Below are positions 11,171 through 24,064 of a stretch of 64,000 nt of DNA, in pieces. Each line of letters begins with the position of its first letter. The first letter of the stretch is position 1. The stretch lies in NCBI GenBank assembly GCA_964270895.1, contig OZ185441.1; one strand, given 5' to 3'. Made by a program: the position numbers and the translations under genes. The stretch comes from Podarcis filfolensis. Lineage: Eukaryota. The notes below the pieces were generated by a model. It had not been told where the DNA came from, made no database searches, and saw nothing but the letters and a program-made list of their open reading frames with translations.

Positions 11171-14100
11171 ATGCACCAGATTTACAGTTGCAGTGATGAA
11201 AATTTAGAAGTCTTCACTGTGATTTCTTCCAAATGTGAGTACCACACAACCAGAGCTATTGCCAGGGGTTCAGTGTTTATTGAAATGGAATGTTAGGGGG
11301 AAACCTTCAAAATGGTAAATTCAGATGTGTGCTCACTGTATTGTACTTGCTGTGTAGTGATCTCTGATTCCCCAACTCCTCCCCCCGTCCGTTCGCCCTT
11401 TCCTTGGAGAAAATGAAAACAGAAGTCTAGATAGGCTAGGCAGTGGAAGTATTTCTACAGAAACAAACTGTGCAATCGGTGTGCTTAATTCCATGTGGCT
11501 TTGTTCCTAGGCATCCAATATTACCATTAAGATGAGAAATCATAAAGTTAGGAGTATTGAAAAATGAAGCCCTGAATAGTTAATATGTAGAAAATGACTC
11601 TATATGGCCACGACCTACTGGGTCAAAGGAGACAGCATTTTCAAATTTGTGTTCTGGGACTGATTGTACATTTAACCTTAGCATTTACTTGTCACAAAGA
11701 GCAAACGTCAGACAAAGATCAATATGCATTCAGGAGAACAATAGTTTTTCAACACCTTGTGTCCGAAGGGAGATAGATTTCTCATGGGAAACTCTGCATG
11801 GAAAAGTGTAGTCTTAATATTTATTTGCAAGCCCCAGTTGCTCTTTTCAGATTTATTATGATGATGTTTTTATTAAAATGCAAATGAAATTATGAGTGGG
11901 AGCCCAAGCTTATTATCCTTGGAGTTCTTTCGTACATGTGTGCGCGCGCACACAAATATCTTTATAAAAATGGATTTTCATTGTGTGGTGGTTTTTTTTT
12001 CAAATTACCCCCAAATTTGCTTCCAGTTCCACTATCCCTTTTACTGCTAATGGGGTGCAATGTTGATTGTACAACCAAAGCCCCATCTCACAGCTTCACC
12101 AAACCACTACACCCGTACCAGGAGAGCTTGGTTTGTTAGTGGAAAACACATTATGGTGCTGAGGGTCTTTATTTTACCCCATTCATTCCAGAGAACCCAC
12201 CTTACTTTCTAGGCCTGAGTCAAAAAACTGGATTTTCTATAGGGGCGTAATGATTTTCTGGCAGGGTTCCCACTATTTTAACATTACTTTAGCAGGAAGA
12301 AATTCACAGGCAAAGCTCTTCTTGGCCTGAAGATGCAGGAAAAGCTAAGCTCAGTTGCATATCTGTCTGTTGCACAACTGCTTAAAGGCAACAGTCTAGG
12401 CAAGGCAGGGGGATGAGGGGCAACCCGAGCTTTGACTGAAATAGGAAGGATTTCAAAGTAGTAGTTGTTTTTTAATGGCCAAGTCTGGTTGTTACTTAAG
12501 GAAATCATTTGTAGGAGGTCAGGGCAGAAGGTGTATTTGGGAGATGATATCCTACAAATCTGATTTTGCAAGGACGGGGGGCAGTCCCAGAAACGTTTTC
12601 TGCACAAGGCATCAGCCTGATAGGATGATCACATGAAAGTGAAGGCCCCTGTAGCTGATATGCAAAAGAAAGAAATCTGGCTAGTAAATTTGGCAAGTGA
12701 AGTTTTTCTGAGCCATGCAGCACTATAGCAAGGCAACCCTGTTCCACTTGCACCTGTCTTAAGGTGTACCTGCTTGTATCTGTATCCTTCTGAAGGGCAC
12801 TCTTCACATACTTAGAAGCACTCAAGATGTGTCAATACCCTTCAGTACATAATTTGATGGCCCATTTGTCTGATTCAGTATCAAGCAGCTCCTTATGCCT
12901 TTATTTCATGGCAGGCCAAGGTGAATTGTCAGCTTGGCTCCCATCTTCATGAACAACTGTTTCTTAAGCAGCCTATTCAAGAAGTATTACCTCTGTTAGA
13001 ACTTTTCCTCACTTTGCCTTTGGTAAGGCAATTTGCTGCTTTCCTCGCCTGCAGATGTACAGCATTTTGGCTGGGGAGATTACAATGGGCAAGCTAAAAA
13101 TATGCCAGATGGATATTTATAAAGCACTCCTTGCTACTTAATCTGGAGCATCATTAATGTAATTAAAAACTGCATTCAAAAAAGAATGAATATGCAAATA
13201 TTGTTTCATTGTCCTCTGCTTTCAATAAGATGCAAGGAAAACTATATAAAGACAGCATATACTTTTACATACGCTTAAAATCTTTCTAACACCTCTGTTT
13301 CGTTTAAACTTCTGTGACTGATGCATGTGAACCATCACTTGCTCCATGTAATATTAGCTGTTGCTTCCATGGCTTTGTGACTGTACGGAGTTATTTTATT
13401 GAATGACTAGCTGATTAAATTAAGAACCACCTTAATGATTGGGAATGGGTACTGTTCTGATTTAAGTCACATCCCCAGAAAACAAGAGATGGGGGTTCTC
13501 TTTTTGTGTGTGGCTATTTTCATCCTAGTTAACAGATTGCAACAGATCAGATCAACACAGAAAGAAAATGCAAAGCAAATAAGACTGAAATCAAGAGCAC
13601 AACAACATTCTACAGAATAAGCAGAACAATTGTGTTCCATGATTAAAAGTTTAACAGCTTTTACTTGGTGCCAAAGTAATGGGATCCCACGTATAGATTG
13701 ATCTCAAGAAAGGCTTACCTGGTTGCCAGTGTTATGCTTTTTTTAAAAAAAGCCCCCCCCCCAAAGTTCTGAATTTGAATTGGTTTTATCTCCTGTTTTA
13801 TTTCTATGTACATAGTATACATAGACATATATACACACACATAAATGTGTTTGTGTGTGTGCTATTTCAACCGAATGTTGTCAACCACTCTGAATTATTT
13901 TTTTTAATTTGAAAAAACTGAGTTCCAAGCAGATATCTCAAATGCTGGAGGAGAGCAACCCTAACACTCCTGACCCCACAACTTCTCTCAGCAAGGTCAC
14001 TTTAGTCTATCTTTGATGTCACTCAGGGCCAGCTCCACTGTGAGAGTCCCTGTGAAATCGCCCTGTCATGGAATTATGTTAGTGGGTTTCTCCTTCTTTG

Positions 14101-17100
14101 AGTGAGCCCTGGTGTGCTTATCCGATAACAGCAACGGATGTTGGTAGAAGCAGCACTCCAATTAGTGCCAGACAGCTGTGAGCCACCATTTTAACTTCCC
14201 ACAATGCCCCACATATGGTGTTGCTGCAGAGCACTGTGGGAAATTAAAATGGCAACTCCTGGACCCAATTACCTGGTACTGATCAGAGTTGGGGGGGGGC
14301 GGGAGGAATATCCACTGAAGGCAGTGCAGAGAAGGTTCTACCAGGTGGGTCTGAGCTGCTCTCTTGGGATGCTACATTTTGACAAGGAAAGTTAAACAAT
14401 CTCTTCAGTTCATGCTGATGTTTCCATTGTTTTTGTAGCATGTAGCCCAGTCAGAAGAAAAGCCAAAAGTACTCAATGCATCCTGCCGAAAAAGGTAAGG
14501 AAACTGTTGCTTATTAAAGAGGGTATTTCTTGTCCACTGAAGCAGAACATAGATCTCTCAAGATCATGGTGTGGAACCGACATATGCACTGGCACCAAAA
14601 AAAAACACAAAAAACCCTGACATGGTTCATAAATTGCACGTAGGTTTTAATGAAATTTCAAATGCAGCCTTTTCTACAACAAAAACAAAAAACAAAACCC
14701 ACTATTGGGAATTACTGGGCAAAAGAGAGTGGACTTAATCCTTCTGTCTGCAAATGATTTGCACCAGGCCATTTTAAACAAGTTTCATCCATCTGGGCTT
14801 AATTCTGGTTACAGAGCCCAGCTGCATAATAAACAGTCTAGAAGGGCATGTGCAGAGAAAAATCAGCTGACCAAGAGAGGTTACATACCTCTACATCTCA
14901 GCTTCTGACCTGCTCTCATGTTTATGTCACCTTGGCAAACGTAAGATCTGGGTGGAACAGGCATCTGGCACGATAACACAACCACAAGCACATATCAACC
15001 TCAAGCACATCTGAAAATCGCACTCTGATCTGGAAGCCTCACAGCCACCAGTATTTCCTGGATGTAGTTGGAAGCAAGCTATGTTGATTCACAAGTGGGA
15101 AAGAAAGGCACTCCTTTATGAGTTCCTTCCAGGGCTGAGTTTGGGCATCCAAATAAGCTCCTGGAGCAAAAGTAAGTGAACCCTGGCTCAAATTAATTGT
15201 GCTCCTCTGCCAGTAATATAAACCACCTGGGAACTGATATCCAATGGCAGTATAAACATACAGTAAATAAACTGGACAAACTAAAAATGTGCAATCATAC
15301 CAATGAATGGCAAATATATATACATCATGAAGGGAGATTTTGAGGCCCAACTCCCCCCCCCCCTTACAATGCAAAATATGGAAAATTAATTCCTAAAAAA
15401 ACTTGCCGCTTTACCTGTTCTTAGCAGCCTGAGATGATAGGACTTATTTCACCCTGGTAATCTTCATAGGTGCCCTTGTTTAATCCCAGACATGGCAAAA
15501 ATAGCAAGCACCCTTGGAAGCCTGCCAGAGTCTTTAACAGCAATAGCACTTTGAGTGTGCCAGGGCAGGGTTAAGTGCTGCTCAGTCATATGACCATCCC
15601 TGTGAATTAACCTCAGATGCCTCAACATTAACCGTTTCCTGATAGCAATGATGTTTTAAAGACTCTCCATGTGTCTGGGGGAATCCTACACAACCACTTT
15701 CCAGCAAAACATGAGCATACCAGTTTCTCGTTAATTCTTTGCATTGTATGTCCATCTCAGATCTGCAGGGTCCATTTGTTTTGAAGATGCATAGGACTGA
15801 GCTATTTTAAACAAGGGCCTCCCCTGCTCCCCTTTCTTATGTCAAAAGCCCCTTTAAAATCAGCGAGGAGAAACTTATGACGAGGGTGAGTCCTGCTGCC
15901 AAAGTGCACACCATCACAGTATGTATTAACAGCCTATCTTCTAAACTCAGAACAGTCCTCACCAACCTGGAGCCTCCCTCCAGACTTTTTGGATCACAAC
16001 TCCCATCAGCCCCAGCCAGCATTGGCTGGTGAATTCACCAGGATTGATGAAACTGGGCTGGTGGGTGTCTCCATCAAAACTACTAGAGGGTCCTAGGTTG
16101 GTAACGGTTGGGCTCGAACGTCCATACTATCAGAGGCAGGTTTAAGGGAACGCAAACAATTTGGTTGCACTGGGCATGGGATTTTGGGCGTGCAACAGCC
16201 ATGAGGTAGAATCAGAGGCCCCAGGTTATGGATGCCCAATGGCGCCTGTGATAAAACGTGACATCGTGACATCATGAGGTCATGACTTTACATGGCAGCA
16301 GTGGCTCTTCCAAGGCCTCGCAGGGTCTCGGAGATAACGTCTGAGACCTCATGAGACTTCCGAACATGACTTCCAGTTTCTACCAGAAGTCAGATTTGGA
16401 GGCCTGGCAGGGCCTCTGATGTCATCTGGGAGGCTGTGTCGGGGCTTTGACATGACTTCTGGTAATTTCTGTGAGTTCCCTGGCACCCAGGGCCTCCTAG
16501 ACCCGACACCTATGGGTAGAATCCAAGGTGAGAGGCAGATTTTGGAATATGAATAGATGCTAGGAGATGTTATATTTATTACAGGCTTCCTAGGCTGTGT
16601 CGGGGCTTTGACATGACTTCTGGTAACTTCTGTGGGTTCCCTGGCACCCAGGGCCTCCTAGACCCAACACCTATGGGTAGAATCCAAGGTGAGAGGCAGA
16701 TTTTGGAATATGAATAGATGCTAGGAGATGTTATATTTATTACAGGCTTCCTCAAACTCGGCCCTCCAGATGTTTTGAGACTACATTTCCCATCATCCCT
16801 GACCACTGGTCCTGCTAGCTAGGGATCAGGGGGTTGTAGGCCAAAAACATCTGGGGGGCCGAGTGTGAGGAAGCCTGAGTTATTAGATATTATCCTTCCT
16901 TCCCCCTGATTCAGCAGAGTGCCATCCCTTTGCAGCTTACAAGGAAGTTTAGATAGGCTAGTTTTGTCCCTTTAGTTTAAGTAATCCAGGATGTTTTAAG
17001 GCGGAGTTGATTTTCCTGGTATTTTCCCCTTTTCTCCCCCTTAAACTAACAATTAAACACAAAATGGATTTGTAAAAGGTAAAAAATAAAATATACTCAG

Positions 17101-20100
17101 AATACTTATTGAACAGTAATGGATACAGCAGCTTTGTTCAGACAGACTTAAAATGGTAATTCAGTTACAAAGACAGTCTAGCTCAAAATGTAGTCTGAGT
17201 TTGGAGCTCAGACTTTGTAGGTGTCACATTGCTGGCAGAGCGGAAAGAGATGGAAAGAGGGTGTGCCCAGGCAGGTAGGAGGATATATAGCTATGCCCTC
17301 CCCTTGTTGGGGCACAGTGGGAGTGTCTCTCACAAGAGTTCTCTAGCAAGTTTACAGGAAAACTCTGAGCTTCAGCTCCTATGATGTGCCCAGCTAGCAA
17401 AACATGAATAGTTGGTTTGACTGCATTTTAATTATCTTACAGAGTGGGGCACTAAATTTTGGCGTTGCACAGGCACTGCTGAAATTTGAGACTCCAAGTT
17501 CCGCCACTGATGCTAATTAATAATGAGCAACAATCCAACCAGAGTTAGGCGCTTTTAAATGTTGTAGGAGAGTTGAGGAGGTGCTTAGTCCTTTCTCCCA
17601 TTGACAATGATGGAACACTCTATGAGTGATTTTCAAAATAAGTGCTTAACATTGATTGACTCAGTGACTGTTAAGTTATTGTAGTTTTCTATAATGGAGA
17701 CATTAATTCTTTAAATAAGCAAAATAATAAGAGTGAAGCGAGTGAAAGCCTTGCATAGTACAAATTAATTTAGTTTTGACTTCTGGAGCTGAATTGGTTT
17801 TAGTTCCAAAAACTTTTTTGCAATGCATTTGTGATGCACAGCTTTCCTATTTTCCTTCTCCTTCCTGTTGGTTTTATCAGTATTTTTTCTGTTGTTTGTA
17901 AAAGCCAGCTCTCCCTCATTGTTTGTAAATTCTAGTTGTTGGCTTATTGAAGAATAACATGAAAATAGCCACTGAAAGTGTTTTGCAAGGCTTTCTGCTG
18001 CAGGACTCCACACAGCGCAAGAAGAAAAGCTTGCCTGTCAAATGGAACAAGTAGCTGCTGCTGAAACAAATAATATCTTTAAAAAATCATAAATCAAATA
18101 TTTAGGGAGCTGCTTTCTAATGCTACTTAGTTTGGATGAGACTGCCATTCATCTGAATAATGGCCAAACTCACATTAGCTTTTCTGATACAATTAGAAAA
18201 GAAAAGTGACTTCAAGATAATCCCAGAGATTTACCTTGCGTGTTCATAATGACCTAGAGAAGCTTGAAATCCTGTTTAGATCTAAACTGTGCTACCACAG
18301 ACTTGGCTTCCTGACCTACATAAGTTATCCCAACTTATTACTGCATGGCATTAGGCCCACATATACCCAAGTGATTTGGACATATTCTGTTTTCTAAAAA
18401 AGAAAAGAAAATAGTATTGGTAGTAAATGAAACAAATACATATGGAAGAATAATGCAGCAGTAGCCTCTGTTAATGGCAAGATACTCTTGCTTCTCTGTT
18501 TGTGTGTGTTGATATCTCAAGACATATAAAGAAAGGTAGATGTTGTACAACTTTCTCTTGAATTCTACTGCCAATATGCTAATAGCGTCTCATTGTTATA
18601 AAAGACGAACTATCCTTGCATTACAGGAGGAACATAGTTGTCACCCCTCTGTGGTAGTTTCCTACTTCAGTAACATCAGAACCCATAATAATTGGGTCAC
18701 TTAGGATGGATCAAATGACATGGTCATTTTCCATAGCAGCATTGTCTGCCTTCAAGTAGACAGAACAATAGAGGCATGGGACGTAGCCAAACAATGACGA
18801 CAACTTATTTCTCATACCCCGCCCATCTGACTGGGTTGCCCCAGTCACTGGGCAGCTCCTGTCTCTTCCACGTCATCTGTTGGGTCTGCCATGACCCCAG
18901 AGCCCAGCAGTGACCAGGACAAGTTAGAGGCTACAGAGTCAACATTTGACCTGATGATGGTGATCAGGAGACCACTGAATCCAAAGCAGGCAGGCAGAAG
19001 CCTATAAACTGGATCCCACAGTATCAGGACCCATAGAACCAGGCCCAAGACCCTCATGGGTGCCTTATGCTGGACCCAAGTAGTTTTCAAATTATATCGT
19101 CAGTCCAATGGTGCAGGAAGCACACTAGACAATATTCTCTTTTTCCTGGTTGGGAGAGAGGGAGAGATTTCTCTGTCTAACCCTTTTATTGCACTCTTGC
19201 TAACTTTAAGCCTTTTAGATAACTGTAGAAATATAGAGGAGTAACATAATAGGCTATCAGCTTACTTACACTTTTCATAATGATAATATAGCAGAACTTT
19301 TAATTATTGTTTTATGGGCAAAGAGGACAGCAATGCTTATTCTACACTATAATTACTACAGGTTATGCATAGACTCAGGCACTGAATCTATACATGGCAC
19401 ATGTAATTAAACTGTTTCACCTCTTCCCTGTAGGTGGTAGCAGTGTCTGACTATCATCTTCAAGGGACAGAGGAGCTGCTGTCACACCAAGGTGATCTTA
19501 TTCAAGTCTTCTGCAAAGATGAAGAAGGGCAGGCATTCAGTCATGTGCAGAACAGGCAGCAAGGATTCTTCCCTAGTCCCTCCAAATGTTCTGCAAGACA
19601 CAGTAAGTCTCAGCAATATATTTAGTACTCAGGCTTACTAACTGTCCAGAGGTATGGCCTTGCAATAAAAACAAGGAGCCCTTTGGTACTGAGAAGAGTT
19701 TTGTTTTTGTTTTGTTTTTGTTTTTTTGCAGCACAAAATATCTTTGATACAGCATTCAACTTTTCCATTTGAAAAAGTCAGTGTTAAATAATATTCTATT
19801 GGGAGCCACCCAGAGTGGCTGGGAAAACCCGGTCAGATGGGCAGGGGGTATAAATTTATTTTTATTATTTATTTATTTATTTATTTTGGGCAGGGGGTAT
19901 TTATTTATTTATTTAAAGGAGCATTGCTGGTAACAATGCTGCAGGACGTATATTAGCCTACAGAAAACGGATCTTTGTGGATAATCCTGCTGTCCATTTT
20001 AATCAGAATGGAAGACAGTTCCACCATGAAAGTATTAAGGAAGAATATCAGAGAAATATATGATGCTCAAACATGCCTAGAGAAGGCAGAATATCACAGG

Positions 20101-22460
20101 AAGGAATGGTTATTCCTTATCCCCACAGAATAGGACTATTTTATTGCAAGTGTCCTTTCCAACTCTACAATTCTATGATCACACTTTCAAGTACTGTTGC
20201 CAGTGAGGTCACTTATATTTGAAATACTGATTTGGCAAGCGGAGGTCTCATAGCAAGAAGGAGTGTGTGAAAAAGCTACATTTCCCTGTTATTAAATTTC
20301 CGCCTCCACTCAGTGCTGCAGTTAGGTAATTTTAGTTTCTGGTCTTTCTGGAGCCCCCTTTTTTAGATAGTTGTGTGTGTTGCTTCATAATGTGGTTGGG
20401 GTCCTCCTGTTCATTCTGCTGAGTGGGTCTCTGGACTTGTGCCTTAATGTCCTTTTCTGATGGCATCACTGCCATAACCAGTCACTCTCATTTCTGATGA
20501 TAGTGGTCCCTGGGGTCAGCTGCAGGCACCCTTTATAGGGTCCCACAGCCCTCCCACCTGGCCTGGCCAGGATTCAAATAAGGCTATGGCGGGAAAGCCC
20601 ACCAATCTCCAGCAGCTGGACTGGGATTCCTCATAACCAGCCACCTCATCCTAGTGTTCCTTCCAAGGGGGAGGAGCCCAGCATGATGGTTACTTGTGAC
20701 CAGGTAAGCAGCCATTTTCATTCATCGGCAGCATTTATACACATATGGACGAATGACCCAGATGGCAGAGCACAGTCCACATTCCAGTTCTCTCTACAGT
20801 ACATTTTACCCAAAGTTTCTCCTTTCTGTTTTTCATTGCAGCTGGAATTTCTAAACAAAGGTCATTCTGCTATAGCAGTAGCCTGTCAGATGCAAAGACT
20901 TTGGTAAGTAACACATACGTAATATAAAACCAACTACCTCTGTGCAACATCATGTGACTCCTGATGATTGCTACAAGTCCTGTGAGTGTTTCAGTCAAAA
21001 ATTCATGTAACATCCTTAATCTTCTTATAAAGAGGTCTTTGCACTTACATTAATCACATCCTCCTTCCGATACAAAAAAGATCAAAAGCAAAGGTTGCAA
21101 ACACACAAAAAACCCTGTAAAAACAAATCTAAAGAAATTATCGGACAACAACACAAGCATTAATTTTTTTTACATGATACATACAAATCCAGCAATTATA
21201 AGAAAGGATAGCAATATTAAGATGATACTGGCATTGGTGTATCAGATATAATCTTTTCTCAGCCTCCCAACACCACACTCTCTAGTCTCACTCTTTGTTG
21301 ATTGATTTTTAAAATTTATATCCTGCCCACTTTATAAAATAATCCAATTGGCTGACAGTATATCTATGAAAACTGTTATTTTATGGGTGAACAAACAGTC
21401 CAAGCATGAACTATTAGGGTCACCCACTGATGTCTGCCATGCATATATGATGTCAACATTCCCTCTTCTACCAAGTTGTTAGATGTGTGCTAGCTATTAT
21501 TGTGTTCTGTTTTTATTGCATCTTGACATTTTTATTTTACCCCCCCCCCACGCATTTCCCTATAATTTAGCAGCCGCAGGGATCCCCAGTCTCCCATCAC
21601 AATGCAAGATGGATTGCAGCCACAGAACCAGCCATGAGGGATAGTGCATTTGCAGACGAGTAAGTTTCTTTCCGTTACCCTCTCCTCTAATTCCACAACT
21701 ATTACTTGGGCTACCAAACTCAAAGTCTATAAGAACCAATGACACGCTACTCAGACTGAAGATCGCTGACATTCCAAAATGCAACTTTTAAGAAGTTAAA
21801 GAGTATCTGTAAATAAGTAAAAGCGGAAAGAGTCCAAAGGCTGCTGGAAGAGCATACTTTACATGCACAAGATCCCAAACATAATCCACAACATCCCATA
21901 CACGCTTACCTAGAAGGAAGTCCCATTGAATGCAATGGGATTTACTGCTGAGCAGGCACATATAGGATTGCACTGTTGTTTTCTATTTTCATTATATGTT
22001 TTTTATTCTGGTCCAGGATTAATTAATCTGCTGTGCTGGTTTTTAATGCTCAAATGCTATCATATGGTCTTCTTCTGCTTTGATGTTTCATATGTCTTTA
22101 AATTTAAGTGATCATTGCCTTGCAAGGACAATGGGTCCTGAAAGGCAGGGTGGAAAAGCATTAAATAAACAGCAGGCGTCTAAAGATTTTGCCTGAAATA
22201 TCAGGGTTTTCTGTACTATAAACTTTTTTTTTAAGGCAGTTTAATTGTCATGGCTTCTCCAAGGAACATTGGGAACTATAGTTTGGTGAAGGAATGTTGG
22301 GAACTATAGTTTGGTGAAGGTGCAGAGAATTCCATTAGAGCAGCTTTCCCCAACCTGGTGTCCTCTAGGTATCTTGGACTATAGCTCCCATCGGCCCCAT
22401 TTGGCATGGCCTTGCTGGCTGGGGCTGATAGAAGCTGTTGCCCAAAACATACATACATAC

Positions 22461-22513
<53 letters not shown>

Positions 22514-22852
22514 TTTTAACAAATAGTATTTTAACAATAGAAGACAAAAATGGTGGGGAAAAAAGTTTTAGTAAATCGTTTGACAAAACGGTGAACACCA
22601 AATAAATATTCTGAAGGAACTTAATCTTGAAATGTTGAATCTGTTCCCACTTTCAACTGTAGGCACAGAAGGTCCTTGCAGAAAAATACTGAAGATGACA
22701 TAAGCCCAACTCAAGGAACGGAGGAGGCCTCTTTACCTCTAACGGGCAGCATTTTGCATGGAACACCAAGCCTCCTGCGGAAAATATGGATGAAACATAA
22801 AAAGAAGTCGGAATATTTGGGGGCCACAAACAGTGCCTTTGAGGCAGACTGA
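11171..22852 (+). CDS. VXN: Vexin (C8orf46 homolog), six coding exons, 209 aa
   Basis: Exons 11171-11234, 14439-14494, 19434-19602, 20842-20903, 21571-21659, 22663-22852 (TGA); 630 nt, frame conserved, all GT-AG. The N-terminus MHQIYSCSDENLEVFTVISSK and C-terminus EASLPLTGSILHGTPSLLRKIWMKHKKKSEYLGATNSAFEAD* match vexin, and the position between ADHFE1 and MYBL1 is syntenic. Exon 5 (QPQGSPVSHHNARWIAATEPAMRDSAFAD) is the least conserved and was placed by splice sites and phase. Confidence 0.93.
16431..16752. repeat. 161-bp tandem duplication in VXN intron 2
   Basis: 16431-16591 and 16592-16752 are identical except for 3 transitions. Confidence 0.95.
16743..16877. mobile_element. hAT MITE (135 bp)
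   Basis: TIRs caggcttcctcaaactcggccctccagatgttt ... aaacatctggggggccgagtgtgaggaagcctg. The 8-bp TSD matches 7/8 (atttatta / agttatta). Confidence 0.9.
19801..19915 (+). mobile_element. L2 LINE 3' end with a duplicated tail
   Basis: gggagccacccagagtggctgggaaaacccggtcagatgggcagggggtataaat then (TTTA)n; gggcagggggtat plus (TTTA)n is repeated a second time. Confidence 0.7.
20150..20182 (+). mobile_element. CR1-type 3' tail fragment
   Basis: gtcctttccaactctacaattctatgatc resembles the CR1 terminal stem and ATTCTRTG repeat. Confidence 0.55.
21885..21976. mobile_element. Old short palindromic (hairpin) MITE-like repeat; relatives at about 4065-4190, 25265-25355, 28575-28650 and 61800-61955
   Basis: atcccatacacgcttacctagaaggaagtcccattgaatgcaatgggatttactgctgagcaggcacatataggattgca is an imperfect inverted repeat centred on cccattgaatgcaatggg. 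Confidence 0.6.
22338..22447. mobile_element. Degenerate hAT-MITE fragment truncated by an AC/TA microsatellite; related fragments at about 15955-16025, 23495-23545 and 59250-59355
   Basis: ccaacctggtgtcctctaggtatcttggactatagctcccatc...gctggctggggctgatagaagctgttgcccaaaacat resembles the interior of the 16743 element. Confidence 0.6.
22448..22510. repeat. (TACA)n/(TA)n microsatellite
   Basis: About 60 bp of alternating AT preceded by ATAC units. Confidence 0.95.
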
Positions 22853-23896
22853 CAACCCTCAGCCTTGCTTGTGCAAGCAGAGGGTTCTTCAACAAAATAC
22901 AGAACGCTGTCACATTTACCTGATAACGGATGTAGTGTGGCACATACTTATCCCATAAAACAAAACAAAACAAAACTTCTACAGAATCCACGGGGGGTGG
23001 GGTGGGCGAGTTTAAAGACTGCATCCTATGCAAACAATTCAGCTCATATATTTTGCACATGCTTCTGATATGCTTCTTGTTAACAGATTCAACTGTGATC
23101 ATTGCATCAACCCAGCATTTCTTATTCTATCCTGGTTCATCTGGATTTGTTGGAAAAGGCCAAGAGAAATTACTGTATCCTCAACAGACCTCACGTCAAT
23201 GACACCATGCCATTTAAAGTACAGTCCTGCAATTTATCGTGTGATGCTACTTCGGCAAATGATTTCTTTAAATCAGTGATATGCAGGCTTTCAAGTTCAG
23301 AATCAACTTGTTTGCTTAGGAACCTCTGAGCATGACAGAGGACTTGCAGAAGAATTCTACTGCAATCATTCAGTTCACCTAAATGAACTGTTCACCTACT
23401 GTTGCACCACATCAACAGAGAGTGCACCCTTGCACAGAGATGAAGGAATCTGTGGCGCTCCAGAGATTCCTGGACTCCAACCTCCATCAGTCCCAGGCAG
23501 CATGGCCAATGGTCAGGGATGATGGGGGTTGTAGTCCAGCCCACCATATCATATGCTCAACACTCAAGGTGGTGGTCAACCTGCCTTTCCTGTTTTCTAT
23601 TACTGATATTCTCATCAATGCCTGCTCCGCTCTTTCTCACACACATGCAAACATTAAACTTCCAAAGAACTCTTGGGTTCTTTGGTTTGAAACTGTTGCT
23701 CTAAGCTATGCCCAGTTACCAGAACTGGCCTTTGCTGCCTGAGGCAACGTACAAGATGGTGTCCCTCCTCCCCATTCGACATACAGAAGCCATGGAGCTG
23801 GCAGTGTAATCTGACATTGACACTGATGCCAGAAAAGCATCCTCCGCCACACCTGAGGCCAGCAGACTAACTGAGGGATGTCAAGATAAGCTGTGT

Positions 23897-24064
23897 GGGG
23901 AAGGGTCGTAGCTTTGCATGCAGAAGGTACGGGGTTCAATCATTGGCAAATCCAAGTAGGGCTGGGAATGTCCACTATCTGAAACCCTGGAGAGCCACTG
24001 TCAGCCAAGGTAGACTGAGCTAGAAGGACCAGTGGTCTGATTCAGTAAAAGGCAGCTACCTAGG
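23897..24064 (+). mobile_element. tRNA-derived squamate SINE with an internal A-box deletion, inside the presumed VXN 3'UTR
   Basis: ggggaagggtcgtagct[deletion]ttgcatgcagaaggtacggggttcaatc (B-box) ... ctgaaaccctggagagccactg ... gagctagaaggaccagtggtctgattcagtaaaaggcagct. The family was recognised from memory. Confidence 0.75.

Noticed and set aside
13010-13056. Strong-looking donor (TG|gtaagg) and acceptor (ttcctcgcctgcag) in VXN intron 1
   Set aside because: Only about 32 nt apart, with no ATG-initiated frame compatible with exon 2. An alternative non-coding exon cannot be supported without RNA data.
22653-23102. 149-aa minus-strand ORF
   Set aside because: Antisense shadow of the VXN last exon and UTR; no coding features.
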